Shown: one piece after another, positions 8,624-17,988 of the stretch
Position numbering within the stretch: position 1 is the stretch's first letter
How the letters are laid out: each line of letters begins with the position of its first letter
IMG/VR virus record: IMGVR_UViG_3300020411_003820
Location: 20,284 to 84,283 of that record
Strand: one strand, 5' to 3'
Length of the DNA: 64,000 nt
Source: a virus
Position numbers and translations under genes: made by a program
The notes under the pieces: generated by a model
Database searches by the model: none
Told to the model about the DNA's origin: nothing
Seen by the model: the letters and a program-made list of their open reading frames with translations, nothing else

Positions 8624-8728
8624 TTTATTTCTCCTTTATCAATGATAGTATAAAGTTGCAAACAGGCGCATTGCTCTGCTTGCACTATAAATATAGCCTT
8701 AAATCGTTAAAATCAAAATAAATTCAAA

Positions 8729-9340
8729 CTATTGTGCACTGAGTGCTTCGATAATTTGAGCTTTTGTTGACCGAGTATTAACAGGTAGTCCGCGAGATTT
8801 TGCAACTTGCAATAGTTCAGCCTTGCGCATAGACGCGTTCCAATCAGACATCACAATTTCTTGTTCAGGATAAGGATCTTGGTCAATAACCTCTGGTTCC
8901 TCAGTTATCTCTTCAACATCCATTGCAACTAACTCAATATCAAAAGTTAGGTGTTCACCAGCAAGAGGATGATTTAAATCCAATACAACTTCATCATCAT
9001 CAAAATCCTCAATACTAGCTAAGAATTTTCCTTGCGGTCCGTTGCCTTGTACAGTACCACCGACTTCGAATTCAAAATCAGGCGGAAAGGCGCCGCGTGG
9101 CACAGCTTGTCTCGCGTCAGGGTCGCGATGGCCATATGCATCAGCGGGTTGTAAAGTGACCTGCTTTGTCTGCCCAATAGACATTCCTAGAATTGCATCC
9201 ACAAATCCGGGAATCATATCAGTTACGCCCATTTGAAATTGCAACGGAACGCCGCGCAATCTCGAATTATCAAATTCAGTACCATCCTGCAAGGTACCTG
9301 TATAATGAACACTTACGTGGTGTCCCATTTGTACTTTCAT
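8729..9340 (-). CDS. FKBP-type peptidyl-prolyl isomerase (SlyD-like) with a C-terminal Rho_N/HeH-like domain
   Basis: VSVHYTGTLQDGTEFD, MIPGF, PADAYG, DLNHPLAGEHLTFDIE. Start moved to ATG 9340 because AGGAG lies just upstream. Confidence 0.9.
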   Translation of the reverse strand: MKVQMGHHVSVHYTGTLQDGTEFDNSRLRGVPLQFQMGVTDMIPGFVDAILGMSIGQTKQVTLQPADAYGHRDPDARQAVPRGAFPPDFEFEVGGTVQGNGPQGKFLASIEDFDDDEVVLDLNHPLAGEHLTFDIELVAMDVEEITEEPEVIDQDPYPEQEIVMSDWNASMRKAELLQVAKSRGLPVNTRSTKAQIIEALSAQ

Positions 9341-9374
9341 TTTTTCTCCTATAGATGAAAAGTCATCAATGTTT

Positions 9375-9402
9375 ATTATAACGTATTTTTTCAATACGTC
9401 AA
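9375..9402 (-). promoter_or_regulatory. Sigma70-type promoter with an inverted repeat in the spacer
   Basis: TTGACG-16 nt-TATAAT. Inverted repeat ACGTATT-N5-AATACGT at 9381-9399. Confidence 0.65.
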
Positions 9403-9406
9403 GTCT

Positions 9407-9967
9407 TTAATTAGTATTTTTTAAATTATATCCTGCTAATGCAACAATAATAGCGTCAGCACGATCATATGATTCGGGCTTGGGGTTGCCATTTTTTGTA
9501 TATTCTATCTTAAACGCAGGTTCATTGTCAAGTAAATGTTGCAAAACAACTTGTTTTGCCTTTTGTCCTCTTGGGACTTTAATACCAGCGGATTTTCTTG
9601 CTGAGCTAGCACCAATAAACTCTGGTCTTATTTCAAATAATTCATACACCAGCCACGATACAATACCATTAAATCGTGTAAGTGTGGATAATGTTTTGGC
9701 AGACGATTTGCCGCCCATAAACATATGCAAAGATTGTTCAATATATATGTGTTCTATGGGAAATGGCGAATTTCCTACATTAAGGGCTCCTTCGTTATCG
9801 CATTGATACATTTCGTACAAATCTAGCAAACGTTCTTTCATTGCAATGGTCTTATCAAATATGTTTTTATATTTTCTCAAGTCAATAGAGTCGTAATACA
9901 CAATTTGTCCGTCTGCAACAACAGCAAAACCGGTAATACTTGTTGATATATCAATGCCCAAAATCAT
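9407..9967 (-). CDS. RuvC-like Holliday junction resolvase
   Basis: ILGIDISTSITG, IYIEQS and DRADA acidic catalytic motifs. Confidence 0.8.
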   Translation of the reverse strand: MILGIDISTSITGFAVVADGQIVYYDSIDLRKYKNIFDKTIAMKERLLDLYEMYQCDNEGALNVGNSPFPIEHIYIEQSLHMFMGGKSSAKTLSTLTRFNGIVSWLVYELFEIRPEFIGASSARKSAGIKVPRGQKAKQVVLQHLLDNEPAFKIEYTKNGNPKPESYDRADAIIVALAGYNLKNTN

Positions 9968-9979
9968 TATAATATTATA

Positions 9980-11311
9980 CTATATATCCAATTTAATTTT
10001 AAACGAATATCCATCTTCTTCGTTTTTTAATATTGGGTTGGCTAAGGTTGCCAAACCGAGTAATTTTCTATTTTTATCATAAATAGCAATTCTTGAAATA
10101 TAAACTTGTCTTTTATAATCTGCATCGTGCCCATGAAAGCTTGAACTTACAACATTCGCTATAAGTCTATCTGGGTTCTCTTCGTATATGAACGAACTAG
10201 TTGTAGATAAAATTTTATTTTGGCCCTGCTGTATGTAAGTTGGGTTATTAGAAATGTTAACCTTGCCTTTTGGAGCATGTGCAAACATTGTAATTACTTG
10301 GGTGTCTGTTTGTCCTCTAAATGAAATTTCAAAAGCTGCTCTGTTGAGGTTACCACCAGATGTAATTCCATCTTTGCAACCAGCGCCAAAATAAAGCCAT
10401 CGTGGTGAACGATTTTCAAAAGCGCCTGACTCCTTGTACAATCTTATAGCTGGGGCGCCATCGCCTATAATCCAAGAACCTGTTAACATAATAAAGCCTT
10501 CGTTGTATAAAACAACGCCAGCAACAGAGCCAGAACCGGGACTACCATGGGGCCCTACTTGAATTAATTCACCGTTTTGTTTAACGTCTTGTAGCTCACC
10601 AATTAATGAGCCGGTATAATTCCATTTTAATGAGACACTGCCGGGATCAATTTTAGTGCCATAAAAGATTGATGGTATAGAAATTAAATTTATCGACTGA
10701 TTATCTTTGTTCCAACCCGTGCGCTCTGGCAGCAAAACATTGCTAGAGTTATATCCAGCAGGTCTAGTGCTGGCTGTAATTGCGTAATGCTCGCTCATAG
10801 CATGAAGAAACTGTAGGCGATTACGCAAAGCAAAATATCTTGGGTTAACCGCTGGTCCTTTGTTTGGAAGAGTTTCACCAGTCTCTTCGTTGTATATTGT
10901 ATCTCTCTGCGAAGCTGTGTGAAAATAATCTCTCGATATAGAGGCAGATAATGGGTAGTGATGTGTCATAATATCACCAAAAACAAAATCTGACGAGTAT
11001 GCGGTTGAGCTTACCGTAGAAAAAGCGGCACCGGCAGATTGCTTTGTGATAAAAGGGTATATACTTTTAGCTGGAGTAAAGGGATTGCCCGGTTCTCCCG
11101 CAATCCCCTGATCTATAATTCTATCAATATTATACTCAAAAAGGCTAATGTGTCCGGGAGGAACAACTCTAACATAAGTCGCTCTAGAACCCGATAAAGG
11201 AGGTTCGTCATTATAAAAAACATCGCCATTATAGATAAGAAATTTTACGCGAGGGAAAGCCCTCATCGTATTTTGTATAATATCTTTTTCGCCAAACTTT
11301 TTGAGGGACAT
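9980..11311 (-). CDS. Virion structural protein (baseplate/tail-associated)
   Basis: Paralogous to the neighbouring ORF: G-x-x-x-Y-x-x-G, SNNPTY and C-terminal IAIYDKNRKLLGLATLANPILK...KLDI. Confidence 0.6.
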   Translation of the reverse strand: MSLKKFGEKDIIQNTMRAFPRVKFLIYNGDVFYNDEPPLSGSRATYVRVVPPGHISLFEYNIDRIIDQGIAGEPGNPFTPAKSIYPFITKQSAGAAFSTVSSTAYSSDFVFGDIMTHHYPLSASISRDYFHTASQRDTIYNEETGETLPNKGPAVNPRYFALRNRLQFLHAMSEHYAITASTRPAGYNSSNVLLPERTGWNKDNQSINLISIPSIFYGTKIDPGSVSLKWNYTGSLIGELQDVKQNGELIQVGPHGSPGSGSVAGVVLYNEGFIMLTGSWIIGDGAPAIRLYKESGAFENRSPRWLYFGAGCKDGITSGGNLNRAAFEISFRGQTDTQVITMFAHAPKGKVNISNNPTYIQQGQNKILSTTSSFIYEENPDRLIANVVSSSFHGHDADYKRQVYISRIAIYDKNRKLLGLATLANPILKNEEDGYSFKIKLDI

Positions 11312-11320
11312 CCCGACCCC

Positions 11321-12457
11321 CTAATAATCCAGTCTCACGCGAAGAGTCAATTCGTTTGTAGGATCTTTACGTAATGGTTCTGACAGCTTTGCGGTTGCTA
11401 ATAGTTCGCCAGCGGTGTTGTACATACCAATAGTTGTAATATATGCTATTGGGCTATCACTTGCAATGTTTTTAACGCGGATTTGGGCTCCGCTAAGATA
11501 CGTTGGATTAGTACTGTAATTATAACGATTCCAAGGAACACGGCAGAAATAAATGTTAGAATTAATTTCAGTTGTGTTGTTGAAAGAAATGCTGCATATT
11601 CTGTGTCTAAGTGCATTACATGAAGCTGTTATTGCACTGCCAGTAAAACAACCTTGGACGTACTTTTGATTAGCACCCAAATCACCTACTTGATCCGAGA
11701 AGCACTCGGTACCACGTGGTGTCGAGTTGCCGGCGCTTTGTGACGCATATTGAAAAATAGATGAACTAAGAACTACAACACCTGCTTGGTAGAAAATATT
11801 ACCACAGCGGCCGCCAGTAATTCCATCCCTCTCTTTCATCAAAGTAGCTAAAGGTCCATCTTCCACGCGAAGCAATCCCATGTCTCCACCTAAGTGTGTA
11901 ACAGTGCCTCCATTGTCGGATGCACTTGAATCAGTGATAGTGACTGTCGCACCGGCATTATAGGCATCTTGGAAGGAACCAGTAGCAATTGTAATGCTAA
12001 ACGTACCTTTCTTAATTTGATCCTTAGTTAAAAGTCTTGAGAAATTAATGAAAAATACTTCTTTCATTGGGCGTTTTGCTGTAATGTCTTTTTGAATGTC
12101 AGGCTCAAATTTATGAATTCCGTCTGCTTGTGAAGACTCGTACCCCATGAGAGTTTGAGCCATCATGTTATACATATTGATTTTTTTCGCATTTTGGACT
12201 GCAGCTGAAGATGAAAAAGATGATTCTTCGTCGTATCCAACAGCAATATCAAAAAGATGATTAGCTGAAGAACTTAAATATGGGTAGTCGTACACAGCTT
12301 GAAACTGTCCGTGACTAAAATTTTTAATGTTTTCTTCGATATAAGAACCGGTCGCAAACTTATATATTGTGCCAGTTAGCGGGATAGCTTCGTGCAGCAA
12401 TGTTTTTGTTGAAACAATATCCTTATTTAAATTAAAGGGTTGAAATTGATTAGGCAT
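11321..12457 (-). CDS. Virion structural protein (baseplate/tail-associated)
   Basis: GNIFYQAG, YSTNPTY and C-terminal IGMYNTAGELLATAKLSEPLRK...RLDY, a type of C-terminus seen in large-phage baseplate/fibre-attachment proteins. Confidence 0.6.
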   Translation of the reverse strand: MPNQFQPFNLNKDIVSTKTLLHEAIPLTGTIYKFATGSYIEENIKNFSHGQFQAVYDYPYLSSSANHLFDIAVGYDEESSFSSSAAVQNAKKINMYNMMAQTLMGYESSQADGIHKFEPDIQKDITAKRPMKEVFFINFSRLLTKDQIKKGTFSITIATGSFQDAYNAGATVTITDSSASDNGGTVTHLGGDMGLLRVEDGPLATLMKERDGITGGRCGNIFYQAGVVVLSSSIFQYASQSAGNSTPRGTECFSDQVGDLGANQKYVQGCFTGSAITASCNALRHRICSISFNNTTEINSNIYFCRVPWNRYNYSTNPTYLSGAQIRVKNIASDSPIAYITTIGMYNTAGELLATAKLSEPLRKDPTNELTLRVRLDY

Positions 12458-12471
12458 TTAAATTCTCCATT

Positions 12472-13500
12472 TTATACTACTTTCCTAATAAACCGGATCG
12501 GGACCTGCAATTGAACACCAGACGTTTTTCCAACGATATACACAATAGTATCTATATAATCGTATGTATTTCCGTCACCAAATAGATTTTGTCCCGTTTT
12601 TCCATAAAGTGCATATTTTGCTGATTTTGATCTAATATCCGAAATAGGTATAAACATAACCATTGAGATGACGCCCGGAGGTCCGTTAATTACTGAAAAG
12701 TCTAGAAAATCTACATTTTCATTTTCATCAGAGGCTATTTGAGATACCTTAGACGGGATAATTGCTGTTTTATAATGTTTTAATCCCATACGATTACCAG
12801 ATGCTACAACTGCTGAACTGGCCGGCTGTAATTCAAGCTTAGCTGTACCATTAGTAAGACTCCAGGTTGACGTTGATGGATCTAGTGTGCGGACACGGGT
12901 ACAAAATCTTGTATCAACATTTACATCAAAGTTTGAATCAATAAGATTGTTGGCTTCAACAAAATTAGCTTGATTGGATAAGTCTACTGTGCGTGGTGGA
13001 TTAGCATTTGACGAACTAATACCTGTTTCAATGTGGATGGCCTGCGCGTTACTAAAGCCACGTTGGTAAAATTGTCCTCCACCTTTTCCATTCAAAGAAA
13101 AAGCTTTTTTCAAAGCAGTAGAGGTTGTTGAGTTAACAGAAACGTAGTATACAGAACCAGTTGATTGCAGTACTCCTACACCAGAAGTAGTTATTGATTT
13201 ATCTAAAATTCTAGCTGTTGGCATATATAGTAGGTTTAAATTACCATTAAAGCTAGCAAGTCCGTAATTGATGTTAGCGTTTGATGTTGCAAATGCTTCC
13301 AAAATAGGTGTTTGCAAAATTTCTAGATCGTAATATGCCGAGCCAGAAGGGTGATCTTTGTTATACAAGCGATAATCAATCTCGTCATCGCCTAGTGCAA
13401 ATTGTGTAATCCTGAATGTTCCTTCTGACATCCTTTTGCGCCCAACATCAGTCAATACTGCATCAAGAATGATGTCTCCGCTGTTATCTAAAAAAGCCAT
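12472..13500 (-). CDS. Virion structural protein
   Basis: N-terminal MAFLDNSGDIILDAVLTDVGRKRM...FALGDDEIDY motif, typical of large-phage baseplate/tail proteins. GAGG RBS. Confidence 0.6.
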   Translation of the reverse strand: MAFLDNSGDIILDAVLTDVGRKRMSEGTFRITQFALGDDEIDYRLYNKDHPSGSAYYDLEILQTPILEAFATSNANINYGLASFNGNLNLLYMPTARILDKSITTSGVGVLQSTGSVYYVSVNSTTSTALKKAFSLNGKGGGQFYQRGFSNAQAIHIETGISSSNANPPRTVDLSNQANFVEANNLIDSNFDVNVDTRFCTRVRTLDPSTSTWSLTNGTAKLELQPASSAVVASGNRMGLKHYKTAIIPSKVSQIASDENENVDFLDFSVINGPPGVISMVMFIPISDIRSKSAKYALYGKTGQNLFGDGNTYDYIDTIVYIVGKTSGVQLQVPIRFIRKVV

Positions 13501-13518
13501 TTATTTCCTCTCTCCTTC

Positions 13519-13527
13519 ATAAATAGT
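13519..13527 (-). promoter_or_regulatory. Putative phage late-promoter element ACTATTTAT
   Basis: Intergenic, just upstream of the RBS. Similar TATTTA/TAATTA boxes precede several other structural genes. Confidence 0.4.
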
Positions 13528-13537
13528 TTAAAAATGT

Positions 13538-16309
13538 TTATTCGCCGCGATTATATTCGCGCTTCAAATTATAAGTAATATTCACATCTAATTTTTTACC
13601 TGTTTTCTTTGACGTCAATCTTAGTTTAAATTTTTTATTCCATATTGGGCTGTCGGCTAAACCGATTTTTAGTTTATTAAGCACTTTGCTAGAGCTATCT
13701 GAAGTTTTGTAAGAACTTTCATCAATAACAAGATGTTGGTAGCTTGGCCTTATATCTAATATTTTTTTAAATGAATCTCTAGTTTTTGCCGATTTTCTTT
13801 TTTCTGCAGCTGTTGCAAAATTATATATATCAAATATTGGATAATTATATCCTCCGTCATCTACCAACGTAGCCTTATGAATTACAGAGGGTCGACCCGG
13901 GTTGCCATGTTCGTTTACAAATCTAAACACGTAATAATAATCTTTATTAGTTTCTATCTTATCATAACAAATGTATTCTTTTAAGGTGTGTTGACTATTT
14001 TCTATCTTTAAATCAACAGTTTTTATCAATTTGCCATCAAAATCTGAAAACTTTTGTGGAGGTTTGTCTGTTCTATACACTTGTAAAAATCTTGGATACG
14101 ATATAGAGCCTTTATCTATTGGTGTTTTTGGCAAAAGATTATTAGAAAACATATAATCTTTTCTATAGTTATCATCAGCTTCACTAATAGCAGGTGGGAA
14201 TTGTTTATTATCTGTAGCAGTATATTCGATATCATACCCAATGCGGTTTGAACCATCTTCAACGGGAAACGGGAGCGCTTGGGCTGTGTTTGGTGGCGCA
14301 TCTAATATTTTAATTGTTTTTGACGTCAAGGGCATTTCTACAACTTTGATTGACGGTTGTACTGTTACATTAAAATCTGCAAGGTATTTATTTACATTTG
14401 CAAGCTGAGAGGTAGTCATAAAATCATTGTTAACCGCAACATCTCCACTTCCTTCTCCTTTGTAAAGGGCTGGTCTTGTTTCACCAGTTAAAGGATCGTA
14501 AAACTCTAAACAGTATAATGGCTTTTGGGCGCCGTCTTCTCCTTCATCAAGTTTTGCAATAACTCTGGTTATTCTATGGTCAGATAATTCATACCTTGAG
14601 CCAGCAGTGACAACATATGCATAAACTTTATATGTGTATTCTTCTCCATATTTAACTTGGGTATCACAAAAATCAAAATCTTTTTGCTTAGAAGAATCTG
14701 GTGTTCTGTTAGTTAATGCATTACAATTGGAAAACCAAAAATTTTGTATCACGCGTTGTGTGTTAGAATCACCAGTGGGAGGTCCGCCAATTTTTTCAAC
14801 TCTATACGCAATTGTTTCGGTGTATTTTCCGGCAGAAGTATCATCATGAAATGGTTCTTTAATTTCGTTTAAATATTTTGATTCATCAGCAAAATCAAGA
14901 AAATCAAGCAATACTTTGGTGGCACTGCGATTATTGTGAAATCTATAGTTTCCATCGGTGTCATACGCAGATTGACGGGGCAGAGAACTTTGTCGGCCCA
15001 TAAAGCACCAATCTGATTTTGTGTTTATATACCTAAGTCTAGCTTCATTTAGCATCACGCCTAAATCAGCTAAACGTACGTCAACCGTTCCAACTTTATT
15101 TATGTTTCTTCTTTTAATTCTTTCTCCAAATTGTGCGACAAATTGGTTTTCATCTGGTTGGAAATAAGTTGGATTAGTGCCAAAAACTTCTTTAAGAGCT
15201 ACTAAAAGTTTGCCACTAAAATTATTTTGTCGAAAGGACTCGCAAAAATAACCTGTCTTAGATGCTTCAAAACTAATTTTTGCATAATATGGAAATAAAC
15301 TTTTATTTGGTATCGCAGTTTGAAACACGGTAGCCATTGCATGTGCATCAAATAAAATATTATTTGATTTTTCCATAATTGCCTGCTCATCTTCAAATCG
15401 TAAAGGGTTTTTTGGAACATCAAAATTAAGATATTTTCTCATACGATGACGACGGTTTTTATTAAATTGTCTTTTTTCTCTAATACTAAAATTTTCTTCA
15501 TTTTCAAAATCAGTTTCATCTTTTAATAAATCCGACCATTCGCTTTTTGGTAATTTATATCTTGAAACTGCATTTATATCTTCTTGTTTAAAGAAGCGCT
15601 TCAGCCGTACTTCTTCTATGTCGTCAGCCTCGCTAAACATTTGTAATGTATAAAGGTTGGGTATTAATTTTTCATCAGGCAGATTCCCAGCATATCTTTC
15701 GTACTTTTTCATAAAACGATTATATTCATAACCAACGTTGATTTCATCCATAATTGGTATTTGTTTGAATCTTTGTTTTAATTCTTCTACTTCTAAAGAT
15801 GTATATGGCATTTCATATTTATACCAATGATCAAAATACTCAGCATCCATAAACATTCCATCATACTCAGTATCCATGTAAACTCCGCCATTAATAAAAG
15901 CATCCCATTGCATATCATTTTCAATTTTATCAGCGTCACCATAAATACGCCCTGAATATCTTATAACAGGCACTGCATTGGCAGAATCATAGCGAATTGC
16001 ATCCAGCGTTCCCACATTAGCAGTAGCTAAAGATGCCACATTCCTAATTAATGCATTTGAAGTTGGGTCTTTCGGGGGCTGGTACGTGTCCTTACTTTTG
16101 TTAGCTTTATTTATATCTTGATTTTTTAGAATTCTTTTTTGGCGGCTTTTATCCGTTTCTCTAACAAGATAAGTACCGTATCGATTTCTTGGGTGTGGAT
16201 CCTTCGTTACAACTAAACCAGCGCCGATTGTTGTTCTAAAAGTATCGACCGAGCCAGACATTAAGGTTGGATCAAATATCTTAACCAATTTTGATCTAAA
16301 TTCACTCAT
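13538..16309 (-). CDS. Large virion protein with FN3-like segments
   Basis: 923 aa. Two FN3-like strand motifs: DTQVKYGEEYTYKVYAY and DKIETNKDYYYVFRFVN. Confidence 0.5.
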   Translation of the reverse strand: MSEFRSKLVKIFDPTLMSGSVDTFRTTIGAGLVVTKDPHPRNRYGTYLVRETDKSRQKRILKNQDINKANKSKDTYQPPKDPTSNALIRNVASLATANVGTLDAIRYDSANAVPVIRYSGRIYGDADKIENDMQWDAFINGGVYMDTEYDGMFMDAEYFDHWYKYEMPYTSLEVEELKQRFKQIPIMDEINVGYEYNRFMKKYERYAGNLPDEKLIPNLYTLQMFSEADDIEEVRLKRFFKQEDINAVSRYKLPKSEWSDLLKDETDFENEENFSIREKRQFNKNRRHRMRKYLNFDVPKNPLRFEDEQAIMEKSNNILFDAHAMATVFQTAIPNKSLFPYYAKISFEASKTGYFCESFRQNNFSGKLLVALKEVFGTNPTYFQPDENQFVAQFGERIKRRNINKVGTVDVRLADLGVMLNEARLRYINTKSDWCFMGRQSSLPRQSAYDTDGNYRFHNNRSATKVLLDFLDFADESKYLNEIKEPFHDDTSAGKYTETIAYRVEKIGGPPTGDSNTQRVIQNFWFSNCNALTNRTPDSSKQKDFDFCDTQVKYGEEYTYKVYAYVVTAGSRYELSDHRITRVIAKLDEGEDGAQKPLYCLEFYDPLTGETRPALYKGEGSGDVAVNNDFMTTSQLANVNKYLADFNVTVQPSIKVVEMPLTSKTIKILDAPPNTAQALPFPVEDGSNRIGYDIEYTATDNKQFPPAISEADDNYRKDYMFSNNLLPKTPIDKGSISYPRFLQVYRTDKPPQKFSDFDGKLIKTVDLKIENSQHTLKEYICYDKIETNKDYYYVFRFVNEHGNPGRPSVIHKATLVDDGGYNYPIFDIYNFATAAEKRKSAKTRDSFKKILDIRPSYQHLVIDESSYKTSDSSSKVLNKLKIGLADSPIWNKKFKLRLTSKKTGKKLDVNITYNLKREYNRGE

Positions 16310-16314
16310 TTTGG

Positions 16315-17988
16315 TTAATACTTCCCACCTTTTGTATACATTGATTTCATGTAGTTATCAGATTTGCTTATTGAGCCTTGTCTAATTCTCATTGAGCTAT
16401 TAGATACTGCTTGAGCTTTTTGAGATTTCATCATTTGCGGTGCACCAATACTGCGAGATACAGAACTGCGTGAGCCGGCTTGAATTTTGAACATGTTAGA
16501 TTTTTGCGTAAGTCCACTAAAACCCTGAGCGGCGCTTTTTTGTAAATTTCCAACGACTGGTGATTTTGAAATTTTCATAGAGCTTCCTCCTGTCATCATA
16601 ACACTACGTTGGGATGCCATTGGTGCACCGCGCAAAGTAAAAGATGACATGCGAGATGCTTGTGGAGCAGCTTTTTTAACTGACATACCTTGGCCGAGCA
16701 TTTTTGTAAATGCACTCTGCGATCCTTGTCCGCGACCGGGCATTTTCAATCCTGGGGCTCCCATTTGGGCGCCCATTCTAAACCCGTCTGGACCCACTTT
16801 AAATCCGCCGGGTGCTGCAGTAAGTTTTGTTTTTGCAGCTATTAGTCTAGTTTGAGGCCCTTGTCCATACTTAAAAAGATCTAGTTTTGACGATGCTGCC
16901 ATGTTAAGAATGGTAGCTGGGGTGCTACTCAAAGCACTAAAAGGATCTATAGCACTTGATCTAAATGCTCTAGTTGGAATTCTTTTTGGGCGACCGAAAA
17001 CACCGTATGCATTAAGTTCTGCAAGTTTTCGAGCTTCTCCAACACTATTAGCTACAATACTAGCAGCAGCATCTGACAAATTAGTCGCAACAATTTCAGA
17101 ATTATTAAGAGGGCGATTTTTAATATGACTAAAGCTTTCCACACTTCTAACACGGGTGGACAACATTTGCTCAGCAAATGTCATAAAAGCGGTGTTAATG
17201 ATTGTCTGATGGCGTCTGGGGTGAATTATGCAACCAAATTGAGATGTTAACATAGTAGCTTCGTTGTTGGAGTATATAACCTCATATTTATCTTTACGAA
17301 TTTCTGTGCCCCCATTAGCTAAACGATCTTTACGATATCTTTCGTATAAACCATTGTAGGCTTTTTGATCAATTTTTGCAGATGATTCTGGAATAGTAAA
17401 TCTTCTAACTTTTTGATCTGGACGTCCAGTAACATCTTTTGGCTCAAGCAACTCTGGTGGCTGGTTCCATTCATCGGGAATAACAACCTCAAACTGTTTC
17501 TCTGGTACATTATCACGGTTGCCCAATTGCGGAGTCTTTGATTTTACCTGGGGATCGCTTTTGACTGCGGTGCCGCGATTGATCGAGGGCGTCGTTCCGG
17601 ACGTCGATGCCCTTTTGGCCGCCTTGGCTTCGGCATCGCCGCCGCTGCTACGGGTAGAAATGGCGCCTTTGGCTGCTTTTGCTGACGCGCCTCCGCCACT
17701 GACTCCTGCTATATCATCATCGGGGTGACATGCTCCTGCGAGGAACGTCGAACCCGGCGGGCAAAAACAACCGCAATGTCCAGCTGGACATTTATAATAT
17801 GTTTTAGCTGGTTCTGATGCACACGGATCTATCGCAGAGGCTAGCGCGTCATCCAGCAAGCTGACGGCGCCGCCGCTGTAGCTGCTTTTTTTAGTAGCAG
17901 TAGAACTACTAGAACTACTACTGCGGCCCGTTCCAAAAGACGTAGAGCCTCCAAAACCACCAGCAGCCATACCAGCACCAAACCCCAT
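16315..17988 (-). CDS. Low-complexity Gly/Ser/Met/Lys-rich protein with a Cys-rich segment
   Basis: 557 aa, TAATG coupling with the upstream ORF, segment CPAGHCGCFCPPGSTFLAGAC. Confidence 0.55.
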   Translation of the reverse strand: MGFGAGMAAGGFGGSTSFGTGRSSSSSSSTATKKSSYSGGAVSLLDDALASAIDPCASEPAKTYYKCPAGHCGCFCPPGSTFLAGACHPDDDIAGVSGGGASAKAAKGAISTRSSGGDAEAKAAKRASTSGTTPSINRGTAVKSDPQVKSKTPQLGNRDNVPEKQFEVVIPDEWNQPPELLEPKDVTGRPDQKVRRFTIPESSAKIDQKAYNGLYERYRKDRLANGGTEIRKDKYEVIYSNNEATMLTSQFGCIIHPRRHQTIINTAFMTFAEQMLSTRVRSVESFSHIKNRPLNNSEIVATNLSDAAASIVANSVGEARKLAELNAYGVFGRPKRIPTRAFRSSAIDPFSALSSTPATILNMAASSKLDLFKYGQGPQTRLIAAKTKLTAAPGGFKVGPDGFRMGAQMGAPGLKMPGRGQGSQSAFTKMLGQGMSVKKAAPQASRMSSFTLRGAPMASQRSVMMTGGSSMKISKSPVVGNLQKSAAQGFSGLTQKSNMFKIQAGSRSSVSRSIGAPQMMKSQKAQAVSNSSMRIRQGSISKSDNYMKSMYTKGGKY

